Below, piece by piece: positions 21,319 to 31,190 of a stretch of 64,000 bases of DNA (the stretch's first letter is position 1; every line of letters begins with the position of its first letter). The translations under genes were made by a program, and so were the position numbers. The stretch lies in assembly GCA_964575955.1 (NCBI GenBank), contig CAZNTG010000006.1, positions 384,001 to 448,000 of the forward strand, given 5' to 3'. A model generated the notes under the pieces. That model ran no database searches. It was not told the origin of the DNA and saw only the letters and a program-made list of their open reading frames with translations. The stretch is from an uncultured Thermoproteaceae archaeon. Lineage in GTDB: Archaea; Thermoproteota; Thermoprotei; Thermoproteales; Thermocladiaceae.

Positions 21319-22422
21319 TTAGCTATATATTTTAATTACTCTATAAAAGTTATCTCTTTCAGCAGGTATTTGACCAATATCTCTAATAATTTTAACTATG
21401 TCCTCTCTAGTTAGTATTTTCATTTTAAATCCTGTTGATGGTATAACTTTCTCATTATATAATGTTCCTCCAAAATCATCTGCACCGTATAGTAGTGCTA
21501 TTTGTGCTATCTCTACACCATTTGTTAACCATGATGCCTGTATGTGTGGTATTAAATCTCTAAATACTATCCTAGCTGTTGCAACTATCTTTAGAAGCTC
21601 TATTGGTCCTGTTGGATATTTTAGATCTTTAACATACTTGTCTAGTTGTGTATTTCCAGGTTGGTAATTCCATGCTATGAATGAGTTGAATCCTCTAGTC
21701 TTTTCCTGTAATTTCAATATCTTGTATATATGTTCAGCTCTTTCCCAAATATTTTCAACATGTCCATACATCATCGTTGCAGATGTCTTAATACCTAGAC
21801 TATGTGCAACTTCCATAACTCTAATCCACGTGTTAGAATCAATTTTGGATGGTGATAATACTCTACGTACATTATCTACAAGAATTTCACCACCACCGCC
21901 AGGCATCGAGTCAAGTCCACTATTTTTCAATCTATCTAAAACTTCTCTATAACTCATTCTCTCTCTAACACTTAGATAATGAATTTCAAGTGGACTAAGA
22001 CCATGAATAGCTACATGTGGTAATGAATTTTTAATACTTTTAAACAAATCTTCAATATATTCAATAGTAACATCAGGATTAATACCACCTTGAACAAGAA
22101 CTTGCCTCACAGGACCATATACATAGTCTATATACTTCAAAATCTTAACAACATCATCAAAATTGAGAAGATAACCACTAGACTTATCACGCCAAAAAGC
22201 ACAAAACTTACAACGAATAACACAAACATCAGTATAATTCAAAATAACATTAACAACAAAAGTAGAAACATTACCAACAACACTAAGCCTAACAAAATGA
22301 GCAAACCTACCTAAAACATGAACATCAGTAAAAGTAAGAAAACGATAAACATCACAAACACCCCTAACACCCCTAACAAAAACATCCAACAACCTATCAA
22401 AATCACACTCCCAAACAACCAC
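21319..22422 (-). CDS. mqnC: CofH/MqnC-family radical SAM protein (probable cyclic dehypoxanthine futalosine synthase)
   Basis: NYT.VC...CKFCAF, QGG.NP, SMPGGGGEIL, ATMMYGH, QASW, GADDFGGTL. Confidence 0.75.
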   Translation of the reverse strand: MVVWECDFDRLLDVFVRGVRGVCDVYRFLTFTDVHVLGRFAHFVRLSVVGNVSTFVVNVILNYTDVCVIRCKFCAFWRDKSSGYLLNFDDVVKILKYIDYVYGPVRQVLVQGGINPDVTIEYIEDLFKSIKNSLPHVAIHGLSPLEIHYLSVRERMSYREVLDRLKNSGLDSMPGGGGEILVDNVRRVLSPSKIDSNTWIRVMEVAHSLGIKTSATMMYGHVENIWERAEHIYKILKLQEKTRGFNSFIAWNYQPGNTQLDKYVKDLKYPTGPIELLKIVATARIVFRDLIPHIQASWLTNGVEIAQIALLYGADDFGGTLYNEKVIPSTGFKMKILTREDIVKIIRDIGQIPAERDNFYRVIKIYS

Positions 22423-22461
22423 AAAAACAATAAGACAAGCAAAGAAAATAAAAATATACAG

Positions 22462-22513
22462 ATGATGAAGGCTGTCGGGACGACAGAAAAATGACGAACA
22501 CCTGGAGGACTGA
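22462..22513 (+). ncRNA. C/D box methylation-guide sRNA
   Basis: C box ATGATGA (22462-68), GC-rich guide, D' CAGA, C' ATGACGA, guide ACACCTGGAGGA, D box CTGA (22510-13). Confidence 0.85.
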
Positions 22514-23584
22514 TTGAAAGAATAACAAACACTCCACCCCTCAAACGCTAAACACCGTGATTAACAGGAAGTTGAAATACATTAAGACTCACTATCACGA
22601 TGTTGAGAAACGACCGAGAAGTGAATTACCTAAGATACCTAGCCAATTCTGCAACATAGCTAATCTCCAATAATAAGAGAGCAATCGTCAAGGGCATGAA
22701 ATATGCATCTATCCTAGAATGATAAGAAACTTCCTAAAATACTTCGACAAGCAGAGTATCGAAGATATTTACGAAAATCTATAAAGACATAATTCACAGT
22801 AACTTGAAGAGAATAGAATTATAAAAAAGTCAACAGAAAGACTCTGCAAAATGTTCGGAGTTTCCGAATTTTCTAATTGAAAAGGAGATCCATCCAAACG
22901 AGAAGCTCAAGCAAATGTATGAGTGAAGAATCCCTATCGCTACAACAAGCGCTATATGTACAATGACTAGCTCCAGAGTACGTAACATAGTGAATATATC
23001 TGTGTAGAATCACCTCTACGGAAGAAAGTGGAGAGTAGTCTTGCAATTGCTGGAGTAGTAGCATTATTACTAGATCTACAGGACAGACATGTTGTAAACA
23101 GGATGACATCAAAGACGGCAAACCACCATAGGACAACATAGTTCGTAAATTATTAAGGAAACTCTACAATGTGTGCCATGACTACTTGGATGGTTATTTA
23201 CCTCATTTAAAGCAGGACGTTGTCCTAAGTTTTGACGAAGGTTTCGGATATTGGTGACCCTCCACGTATGCGTTGCGTGCCAGGAATATCGTGTATGCAA
23301 ATCTAGATGAGACATGGCATTTGTTAAAACTAATCTGTACATAACACATGCCTGAGCTAATTTTCAGAACATTTAGTCGCAAAACATTGAAGTAGTGTTC
23401 ATAACATAAGACTATGGAGACCTATATGAATCGGAGATAGGTCATGTCCTACTAAACAATAGCGACATTACATGTCATAACGAGGCAGAGGTCTAAATAA
23501 GACTATTTAAGGACGAGTATACAATACTATGCAGACTAGTTTGTATATGCGAATCTTTATTAGGGTATGAGACTTGTGTGAACT

Positions 23585-23905
23585 GTGGTTAGGGCAGCCG
23601 ATATTGAGGCACTGTTTGATAAGTATTTAGAGGAGCATGACCTAGCACGTGCTGATACGCTTCGTCTCGTTCTAATGTACGGCTTAGGCTGTGGTGATAC
23701 TATACTGATACGATATGGCAAGATATCTGTGCTGAATGATGTTTTAGCGGAGCTAAAAGATAGGGATATCGATACATCAAGATTGGGAGATCATCTTGGA
23801 CACTTCGAGGACGTACCTATGACTATTAGAGATACCGTCTCAACCATGTTTAAAGTACGATTTCTCGATATATTACGTGAGCATCTAGTGAAAAATATTG
23901 CAGAT
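23585..23905 (+). pseudogene. N-terminal fragment of hypothetical protein
   Basis: first ~105 aa look like genuine protein, the rest of the ORF is the antisense of the HNH gene. Confidence 0.4.
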
Positions 23906-24394
23906 CTACCTGTCTTCCATATCTTAAATACCCCACTTACGACTTTACGTCCTTTGTTCTCATCTATACTGTTCACTCTTAGAAACCATGAGAATGCTTG
24001 GTCGAACTTTCCTGTAACAGTCGCATATCCCAGGTGCTTAGCTTTATGGCATAACTCGCATACTGGCCTAATATTGACAAGTACTGCTGTACCATGTTTG
24101 TCCTCTTCATGGATGTAATATCTCCAGTCTTCATCTAAATGTTTTGCATCATTGATGCTGCATATGGAGCATTTGCTTTGGCGAAAACTTGTGAAACCAT
24201 AATTCATATAATGCATCTAGAGCCTCTGCATAACTTTCATACTGATCCTCGGAGATCTCGCCTAGCTTTACAAGAATTTTCGATAGCATTGGGTCAAGTC
24301 TAGCAAGCGATGCAAGAGAGATATTCCATAACGGTGATGGTACAAGCCTAGGACATAGCCTAAATCCGTTGCAAATATTCTCATATGCTTCCAT
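23905..24394 (-). pseudogene. frameshifted, 3'-truncated HNH-type endonuclease
   Basis: two ORFs join to RLVPSPLWNISL...CSIC...DEDWRY...PVCELCHKAKHLG..VN; frameshift near 24195. Confidence 0.65.
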
Positions 24395-24700
24395 TACTAA
24401 CGAACATGTATTCAACCATTGCATAAATACGTTTTCTTAGGTAAGAAGCAGTTCTCTCTAGAAAAAACAGGGTGTTTAGACATCCAAGCAAGTATGTGAG
24501 ATCTGGCTAGCATACTAAATGAGTGAAATTACATTATGTGACATAGCTTTACGTGAAGACCACGCATTGTAGACAGAGCTCTATATCTCAGCCAGGCTAG
24601 TGTATTAGGAAATTTGTCTTCACATAACCGTAGTTACGAGCTAGTACTGTCAGGAGAAATTTTAGGTATGTGTACAGTCTCGTGAAGAGCTATATCGATA

Positions 24701-25222
24701 CTAACGTATTCCAAGTGTAGACCGTATCTCGTTGATAGTACTCTCCACACTACGTCTATCTTTAGTACAGAAGGTCAGTTCAATTTGAGGATATCCTTTC
24801 TCAGACCTTTGCTGAAGAGTCTGTACAGTCCTTATTCCTCTGGGTCTAATTACGTGTATGAACGCCCTTGTGAACTCAACTTGTACTCCTCCAAGAAGTA
24901 TTCTCGTTATTTTTCCACAAATTGCATTTATTTCATTCTGTACCTGTTTTAATTTCTTATTAAGATGCTTTCTAAGTCTCTCACCACGTGCAAATACGTT
25001 AGGGTCAGGTTCGTAGAAGTCGACTATAGCGACTTGTACGGTGGATCTTTCGGCTTGGCGGTATACGACAACATCTGGCACAGATATGCCTCTTGATTGA
25101 CCAACTTTGTCTAGAGTGTTAACATCAAAACACCATACACCTGGTACGTTGCTTAGCTGTCTGCAAATTTCTTCCGATAAGTCCTTTTCAAGTCGTCTTC
25201 TTCTCCCTGTATCTCCCACCAT
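24701..25222 (-). CDS. hypothetical protein with PD-(D/E)XK-like core, partner of the ATPase
   Basis: LE...helix, PDVVVY...AIVDF; 3 nt from the ATPase stop. Confidence 0.55.
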   Translation of the reverse strand: MVGDTGRRRRLEKDLSEEICRQLSNVPGVWCFDVNTLDKVGQSRGISVPDVVVYRQAERSTVQVAIVDFYEPDPNVFARGERLRKHLNKKLKQVQNEINAICGKITRILLGGVQVEFTRAFIHVIRPRGIRTVQTLQQRSEKGYPQIELTFCTKDRRSVESTINEIRSTLGIR

Positions 25223-25225
25223 GCG

Positions 25226-26968
25226 TTAAGCTTCTGAGCCTGTTTCTGTTGATTCTTCTCCTAACTTGGACAATAGTTGCAGTAATTTGTAGTGTTCTTG
25301 GATGAGCTTTTCTGCCTCGTATGCGAAGACTATGTCATCGTAAACTCCAGTGTCAGTAATTGGCAATTTTTCAACTATTACTCTTCGTCTGTCATCACGA
25401 TAGGTAAACTCGTACGCTACCATCAATGTAGATGGATCAAATTTTGTCTCAGCGATGGTACTTAATATCTCAGTAATGATATTGCGTTCTTTCTCTGACA
25501 ATTCTGTGAGTGTGAGTAGTGTGTCTTCTATACATGCTTGTACGTTATTGGGAGACTTATCGATACAAAGTCTAAGTAGTCTTAGTCTAAGAAGTTCATT
25601 ATTTAGTTGACATAGCAGGAATTCGCTATGTGTAGCAAATGTCATGAATAGTGGTCCTATAGATGTGATACCGTGTCTAAGCGCTAGTGCATGTCTATAC
25701 GCTATTATCAGCGTTATCACTCTTGCAAACTTACGTATAGCTGCTGGGTGTAGATGAATTTCAGGTTCGTCAATAAATACTAGCGGTGGTGTCCTTTCGA
25801 GTGCTGTTAATAGCAGTAGTGGTCCAATGAGTGCTCTAGAGCCAGAGGGAGCATTAGCAACATCAGTTTCAGCTAAGCCAGGTCTATAGCTCAGCCATGC
25901 ATCCCACATGTATAGATCCTGACCAAGACGTACAACCTGTGGATAGACGTCTGTTAGACCAAGCTCTTGCAAGACTTCTCTCAGTAGTTCGATAAGTACG
26001 CATTCTGGACGTTTAGAGAGCTGAGTATCCCAAGTTTCAGAGTACCGGCATAGTAGCATCATATTGTGGACTGTATGTGCAGCTTTGCCAACACGTGAGT
26101 AGGCATAAAACTCGGATATGTCGTGAGGCCAGAACGTTACTCTCGTGTCTGGAATGAGCACAACATTTCCTGGTCCAGCTCCTAGAATAGGAAATGATAC
26201 TCCAAGTAGCTCTGTAGCCAGCCCTGATATAAGCCTGGCAAACTGTGCAATACAGTTCTCCTCCGTTATCACGTAGTCTTCGGATCCCAAGCACGTCAGG
26301 ATTGGTCTATACTCAAGTAAGTACTTACCCTCTCGAACTTTAACGACATTAACGTTCTTTGTTAAGTAATTCTCCACAAGGCTGTGTGCATTTTCACTAA
26401 GTATATACACATTGCATTCCTTGAGGGAAACACGCTCTTCTTTCTTGCCAAGCTCAATCACAACCTTAGACTCAGCACCCTCATGCTCTACAATGAGCTC
26501 TATCGAACCTCTATCTCGATCTCTTCTAACAATAATGTCTACCAGAGGACTTGACCTTACTAGTGCTTGCACCCATGCTGTGGGATATCTGCACAGCACT
26601 GTGTAGCCAATAGCTAAGAAGAGACTTCCAAAGTTCGCAAATAGTTTATTCAAGAAGTTCAGTGTTAACTCAGTGAGAATCTTGCAAAGATTATCAACTT
26701 CGCCCTCTGCAGCTAACTTGAGAGCATTTATCAGGTCAGTAGCTTTCTGCATAGGCTCACTAGCTATGAAGACATCGACAAGCCCTGGCACTATTGTTGG
26801 TGCTGAAAGAGCGAGAGCATACAGCAGCCTTAGCAGGAAAGATTTACCCGTCGCATTTTTCCCCGTGAATATTGTTATTGATCTCAGCTCAACCTCTGTA
26901 CCATCATCAAATGGTCCAATCCCATCCAGTTTAACCTTGACACTTTTCGCAGTTATAGTGCTTAGCAC
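25226..26968 (-). CDS. ABC-type (AAA_15/AAA_21, AbiEii/OLD/PtuA-like) ATPase
   Basis: Walker A GKNATGKS, signature APSG, Walker B IDEPEIHLHP, H-loop ATHS. Confidence 0.9.
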   Translation of the reverse strand: MLSTITAKSVKVKLDGIGPFDDGTEVELRSITIFTGKNATGKSFLLRLLYALALSAPTIVPGLVDVFIASEPMQKATDLINALKLAAEGEVDNLCKILTELTLNFLNKLFANFGSLFLAIGYTVLCRYPTAWVQALVRSSPLVDIIVRRDRDRGSIELIVEHEGAESKVVIELGKKEERVSLKECNVYILSENAHSLVENYLTKNVNVVKVREGKYLLEYRPILTCLGSEDYVITEENCIAQFARLISGLATELLGVSFPILGAGPGNVVLIPDTRVTFWPHDISEFYAYSRVGKAAHTVHNMMLLCRYSETWDTQLSKRPECVLIELLREVLQELGLTDVYPQVVRLGQDLYMWDAWLSYRPGLAETDVANAPSGSRALIGPLLLLTALERTPPLVFIDEPEIHLHPAAIRKFARVITLIIAYRHALALRHGITSIGPLFMTFATHSEFLLCQLNNELLRLRLLRLCIDKSPNNVQACIEDTLLTLTELSEKERNIITEILSTIAETKFDPSTLMVAYEFTYRDDRRRVIVEKLPITDTGVYDDIVFAYEAEKLIQEHYKLLQLLSKLGEESTETGSEA

Positions 26969-27724
26969 AGTATCCAGATGTAAAATTTACTGTCAATCTT
27001 ATTAGCTTTCTAGAGATGTAAACTCTACGCTACGTTACAGATTCAACATTTCATGCAGACACTACTCATCTTTCTAGATTCATATTACCATAATGTACGA
27101 CCTCGTTGGTCTAGTTCTTGGAGTATCTCTTCAATCTAATCTCTATGCTCGATGTTGTATACGTAGACTTTACGTTAAAGAGCTCTTTTTACGAATAGTG
27201 AGAATTCGTAGAAAACATGACATCAACATTTTACATAAATCGCATTTTCAGAGCTTTCAATAAGACTTCTAAAACAGCGTGACATCACATCTTGAGGACT
27301 CTATGACAAACGCGAGAGAGATCGTAAACACACTAATACCGCTAGCACAATGATAGTCACGCAATCATCACAATTTTGAACTAGAGTATGAAAAGGAGAG
27401 GTCATAAGGATTTGAAGACGTTCTTACATAAAGATGTTAGGGACTCATAACAAAAGTACAGCCTCTATGATTGAAAGAATTTAAAATCGGCCTAAATGTC
27501 GGAAAGTTCTTCATACCTCTTAAATCGAAGGTAAGTACTGTTTAGACTATATTGCTAAGTCTCGTATTAGGTTTAGTGATAGGTTACATAATAGGTACTA
27601 GAAGAGCAAGAAAGAGGAAAACTGTACATACAGTACGATTGTAGATCTCTATATAAAAATTAATAGGTGATAAGTATGATGAGACTAGAATAAAGAATTT
27701 AAATTTCCATTAGGGATCTATACT

Positions 27725-28558
27725 ATGAATATCAGTTTTTTATCAAGTAAGTATTTGATTATTTTTACATGTCTAGTGTTTGTTGTAGGTATGTTTGTTG
27801 GATGTTTTGTTAGTTATATGTTTTTCTTATGTAAGTATCATGGTTATGGCTCGATTAGTTATTCTAAATTTGATTTTTATTTTTTGTCAAATTCTAAGAT
27901 GTTTAATAGATGTTCTACATATAGAGACTTTTTGAATAATTTTGTTGAGTGTTATTCTGTAATTCTCATACTTTTAAAGTATTTGACATATTTAAAATAT
28001 AGTTATCTTAAACTTGAGAAATTGTATAATTCTCTTAAGGTTAATTGTAGTAGTATTATTGAGAGATGTATTAAATATGGTTGGTCTAATTTGAGTGTTA
28101 AAGTTCTTTTTGATAGAGAGTATTATTATAGTCTTATTAGAGATATTGAACATGCTAATAAGAGTATATATGTTGCTATGTATGTTGTTAAGTACGATCC
28201 TCACGATGTTCATGATTGGGCTAATGATCTGATTAAAGCTCTTGTAAGAGCTAAGAAGAGAGGTGTTGTTGTTAAGGTTCTTCTTGAATATAGGACTTAC
28301 TTTGGTTATGTGAAGTATAACTATCTAGCTTATAGATATTTGAAAGATCATGGTGTTGATGTTAGACTTGACTTTAATCCTGATACTGAGCATATGAAGA
28401 TTGTTATTATAGATGGGAAGATTGTGTATATTGGTTCTCATAATTGGTCTGAAGCATCACTATACTACAATCATGAGGTATCTATAAGGATTGTTTCTAG
28501 AGATATTGCTAAAGAGGTTGAAAAATATTTTAACTATCTATGGAACAGGGCAGGCTAG
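27725..28558 (+). CDS. membrane-anchored phospholipase D-family (Nuc-like) protein
   Basis: single HxK(x4)D(x6)GSxN motif HMKIVIIDGKIVYIGSHN; N-terminal TM. Confidence 0.85.
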   Translation: MNISFLSSKYLIIFTCLVFVVGMFVGCFVSYMFFLCKYHGYGSISYSKFDFYFLSNSKMFNRCSTYRDFLNNFVECYSVILILLKYLTYLKYSYLKLEKLYNSLKVNCSSIIERCIKYGWSNLSVKVLFDREYYYSLIRDIEHANKSIYVAMYVVKYDPHDVHDWANDLIKALVRAKKRGVVVKVLLEYRTYFGYVKYNYLAYRYLKDHGVDVRLDFNPDTEHMKIVIIDGKIVYIGSHNWSEASLYYNHEVSIRIVSRDIAKEVEKYFNYLWNRAG

Positions 28559-29244
28559 TTGCTATAGTTACAGGTGGTTCTAGAGGTATTGGTTTTGCTA
28601 TTGCTAGAGAATTTGCTATTAATGGTATAAATCTCCTAATTACTGCTAGAAATGTTGAGAGACTTGAAAATGCTTGTAGAGAACTTTCTAAATATGGTGT
28701 TGATGTTATATATGTTGCATGTGATATTAGAGATAGAGAATGTTGTAAGAAAATTGTTAAAAGTTGTCTAGATCACTATGGTAGAATTGATATACTTGTC
28801 AATAATGCAGGTACTGCTGTAAGAAAGTATTTTCATGATATGAATTTTGAAGAAATTGACGAGATTATAGATACTAATGTTAAAGGATTGATGTATCTAA
28901 CTCTTGAAGTTGTTAAAATAATGATTAAACAGAGAAGAGGAATTATCATTAACATATCTTCAGGTGCTGGTAAATCTGGAATTCCTCAACTTTCTGTATA
29001 TTCAGCATCTAAAGCTGCTGTAAACATATTTACAGAAGCATTAGCTAGAGAATTATCAAGATATGGAATTAGGGTATATGCTGTATGTCCTGGTGGTACT
29101 GATACAGAACTTCATAGAAAACTATTTCCTGAACATAGATCTGAATGGTTATTAAAACCTGAAGAAGTTGCAAGACTAGTATTTAGACTAGTTAAGGAAG
29201 GTGGAATTGAAGGTTATTGCTATGAGATCTACAGACTAGTCTAA
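28540..29244 (+). CDS. short-chain dehydrogenase/reductase
   Basis: TGGSRGIG, NNAG, YSASK. Confidence 0.95.
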   Translation: MEQGRLVAIVTGGSRGIGFAIAREFAINGINLLITARNVERLENACRELSKYGVDVIYVACDIRDRECCKKIVKSCLDHYGRIDILVNNAGTAVRKYFHDMNFEEIDEIIDTNVKGLMYLTLEVVKIMIKQRRGIIINISSGAGKSGIPQLSVYSASKAAVNIFTEALARELSRYGIRVYAVCPGGTDTELHRKLFPEHRSEWLLKPEEVARLVFRLVKEGGIEGYCYEIYRLV

Positions 29245-29253
29245 CATTTTCAA

Positions 29254-29646
29254 TCACAGATACTTACTATACTCTTTCTCACAACCTTCTCTAAAATCAC
29301 AGGTTGAACAGTACTCATCAATCCAAATCTTAAGCTTAGACTTATCAGTAAGAATCCTACTCTTAACATCACTCCAACTAACCTTCATACCTACATTAAG
29401 ATTGAGTAATTCTAGAGCCTTCCTATCCATTTCACGAATCTCCTCTTCAGCATTTTCAGAATATCTACATACACCATCTTTAAAATATGGACATGATGTA
29501 CATACATCATCAGCACCTTCAACAATTTCAATCTCTTCACCCTTCTCAGCACGTGATACAACTTCAAGAACTTTATCTCTAAGCTTTTCAGGACCATCTC
29601 TAAAGAATTGTAGACATATTAAATGATGACCTCTTAACTTAATCAT
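29254..29646 (-). CDS. DUF1284-family Cys-rich protein
   Basis: LRGHHLIC, DDVC..CP, C..C motifs. Confidence 0.85.
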   Translation of the reverse strand: MIKLRGHHLICLQFFRDGPEKLRDKVLEVVSRAEKGEEIEIVEGADDVCTSCPYFKDGVCRYSENAEEEIREMDRKALELLNLNVGMKVSWSDVKSRILTDKSKLKIWIDEYCSTCDFREGCEKEYSKYL

Positions 29647-29727
29647 ACAGATACTACATATCTAGACATGTTAAGAAGTATTATCATAAACGTAAAATCT
29701 ATACAATATGTACATCTACACCACAGT

Positions 29728-30096
29728 ATGAGCTTGATAGATTATATAATCACATCAATAGCATTCGCATTCTTCGTAGTATGTCCAAGAATGGCAGGTA
29801 TGTGCTCAGTTGTATCAAAGATAAGGTCACTAAATCCATACATAGTATCCTGTCTTGGCACAGTAATATCAACACCATTAATAATATTGATGATGTATTT
29901 AACAACACAATTTGGAATAACCTCAGCAATAATATTAGCAGTATTGACAGACATAATATCATCAATAATAATGGGAATATTCAACATAAAATATGCTATA
30001 GAGATAGTGATAATAGCAATATTTGTATGGATTGGAGTTGTAGTAGCATCAAAGACATCAACAATGATAGTAAACATAATTAAAAAGATGTTATAA
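29728..30096 (+). CDS. small multi-TM membrane protein
   Basis: four hydrophobic helices, PRMAGM motif; ATG at 29728 likely start. Confidence 0.65.
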   Translation: MSLIDYIITSIAFAFFVVCPRMAGMCSVVSKIRSLNPYIVSCLGTVISTPLIILMMYLTTQFGITSAIILAVLTDIISSIIMGIFNIKYAIEIVIIAIFVWIGVVVASKTSTMIVNIIKKML

Positions 30097-30105
30097 GATA
30101 AATAT

Positions 30106-31068
30106 ATGAGTATACTGATAGTAGGTTTAGGATTTGTAGGTTTAAATTTAGCACTATATCTGAAGAAGAAAAATTTCAACATAAAAGTCATAGTTAGAAA
30201 ACCTAGAAGTAGTATTAGAAAATACTTCATACACATAGCTAAGAAATATAATATTGAAATTTTTGAAGTAGATACTCTAAATAGAGATAACATATTGAAA
30301 ATATTGAAAGAATACGATATTAAATATGTAATTAACTGTGTAGGAGCTTTAAGAGGTAGTTATGAAGATCTATATACTTCAAATATTAAAGTTCCATTAG
30401 AAATAGCTAACTCTATACTAGAATCAGGTAGAGATATATATCTAATTCACATAAGTACTGCATACCTATCTCAAACATCTAAAGAAGTTTTTGAAGAAGA
30501 TAATTATCTAGATGAAAGATTTTTCAAACCTAAGACAAATTATGAAAAAACTAAATATCTATGTGAGAAATATCTATATGAATACTCTAGAAGGGGTTTA
30601 AGATTAATCATCTTAAGACCTGTAATGATGCTTGGTAAATATTGTTATCATGACGAATCTAACATATTCATATACATGCTTAGAAGATTTAAATATATTC
30701 CGATAATTGATAAAGGCTTCAATATTCTAGATGTTGAAAATTTCTGCTATGTTGTTGAGAATGTAATTTCAAAAGTGTATAATATAAATTTTGAATTTAT
30801 GTATATTCCAGGAACATACTATACTTTAACTGAAATTTTAGAAGCTTTTTCAAATGCTTTAAATATTGAGCCTAGATATGTTAAGTTACCTCTAATTAGT
30901 AAGATCTTACCCATACTTACTCCTAGTGTTGTTAGACCTTACTTAAAGTATCTCGATGTTAAATTTATGAGTAAGAGATTGAGTAAGTATGTTTCAATTC
31001 CTAGAGATGATATATTGAAAATTGCTAACGATCAGGTAAGCTTTCTTAGAGAGTTGAGAGTTTTGTAA
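30106..31068 (+). CDS. NAD-dependent epimerase/dehydratase
   Basis: GLGFVG, YEKTK, ILRP. Confidence 0.85.
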   Translation: MSILIVGLGFVGLNLALYLKKKNFNIKVIVRKPRSSIRKYFIHIAKKYNIEIFEVDTLNRDNILKILKEYDIKYVINCVGALRGSYEDLYTSNIKVPLEIANSILESGRDIYLIHISTAYLSQTSKEVFEEDNYLDERFFKPKTNYEKTKYLCEKYLYEYSRRGLRLIILRPVMMLGKYCYHDESNIFIYMLRRFKYIPIIDKGFNILDVENFCYVVENVISKVYNINFEFMYIPGTYYTLTEILEAFSNALNIEPRYVKLPLISKILPILTPSVVRPYLKYLDVKFMSKRLSKYVSIPRDDILKIANDQVSFLRELRVL

Positions 31069-31190
31069 TAAGTAATGCATATATACTTAACAACATCTAC
31101 GTGATTAGCGATACTTAACATACTTATATTCAATGAGAAGACTAGAAGAATATTCATAACATTTCCAGGACCCAATCTATGCCATATACC

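Larger units (their letters stand above)
22511..27480. mobile_element. decayed genomic (defence) island bounded by 13-bp direct repeat TGATTGAAAGAAT
   Basis: repeat at 22511-23 and 27468-80; higher GC and different codon use, low coding density, pseudogenes; no integrase seen. Confidence 0.55.

Noticed and set aside
22556-23342. Short ORFs at the left end of the island
   Set aside because: Stop-interrupted debris with no recognisable family motif
27676-27725. ATGATGA C-box-like word
   Set aside because: No D box at a suitable distance; more like a dead start behind a GGTGA ribosome-binding site
31120-31190. Possible degenerate terminal repeat of array 1
   Set aside because: Only TTCAAT..GAGA matches; too weak to count
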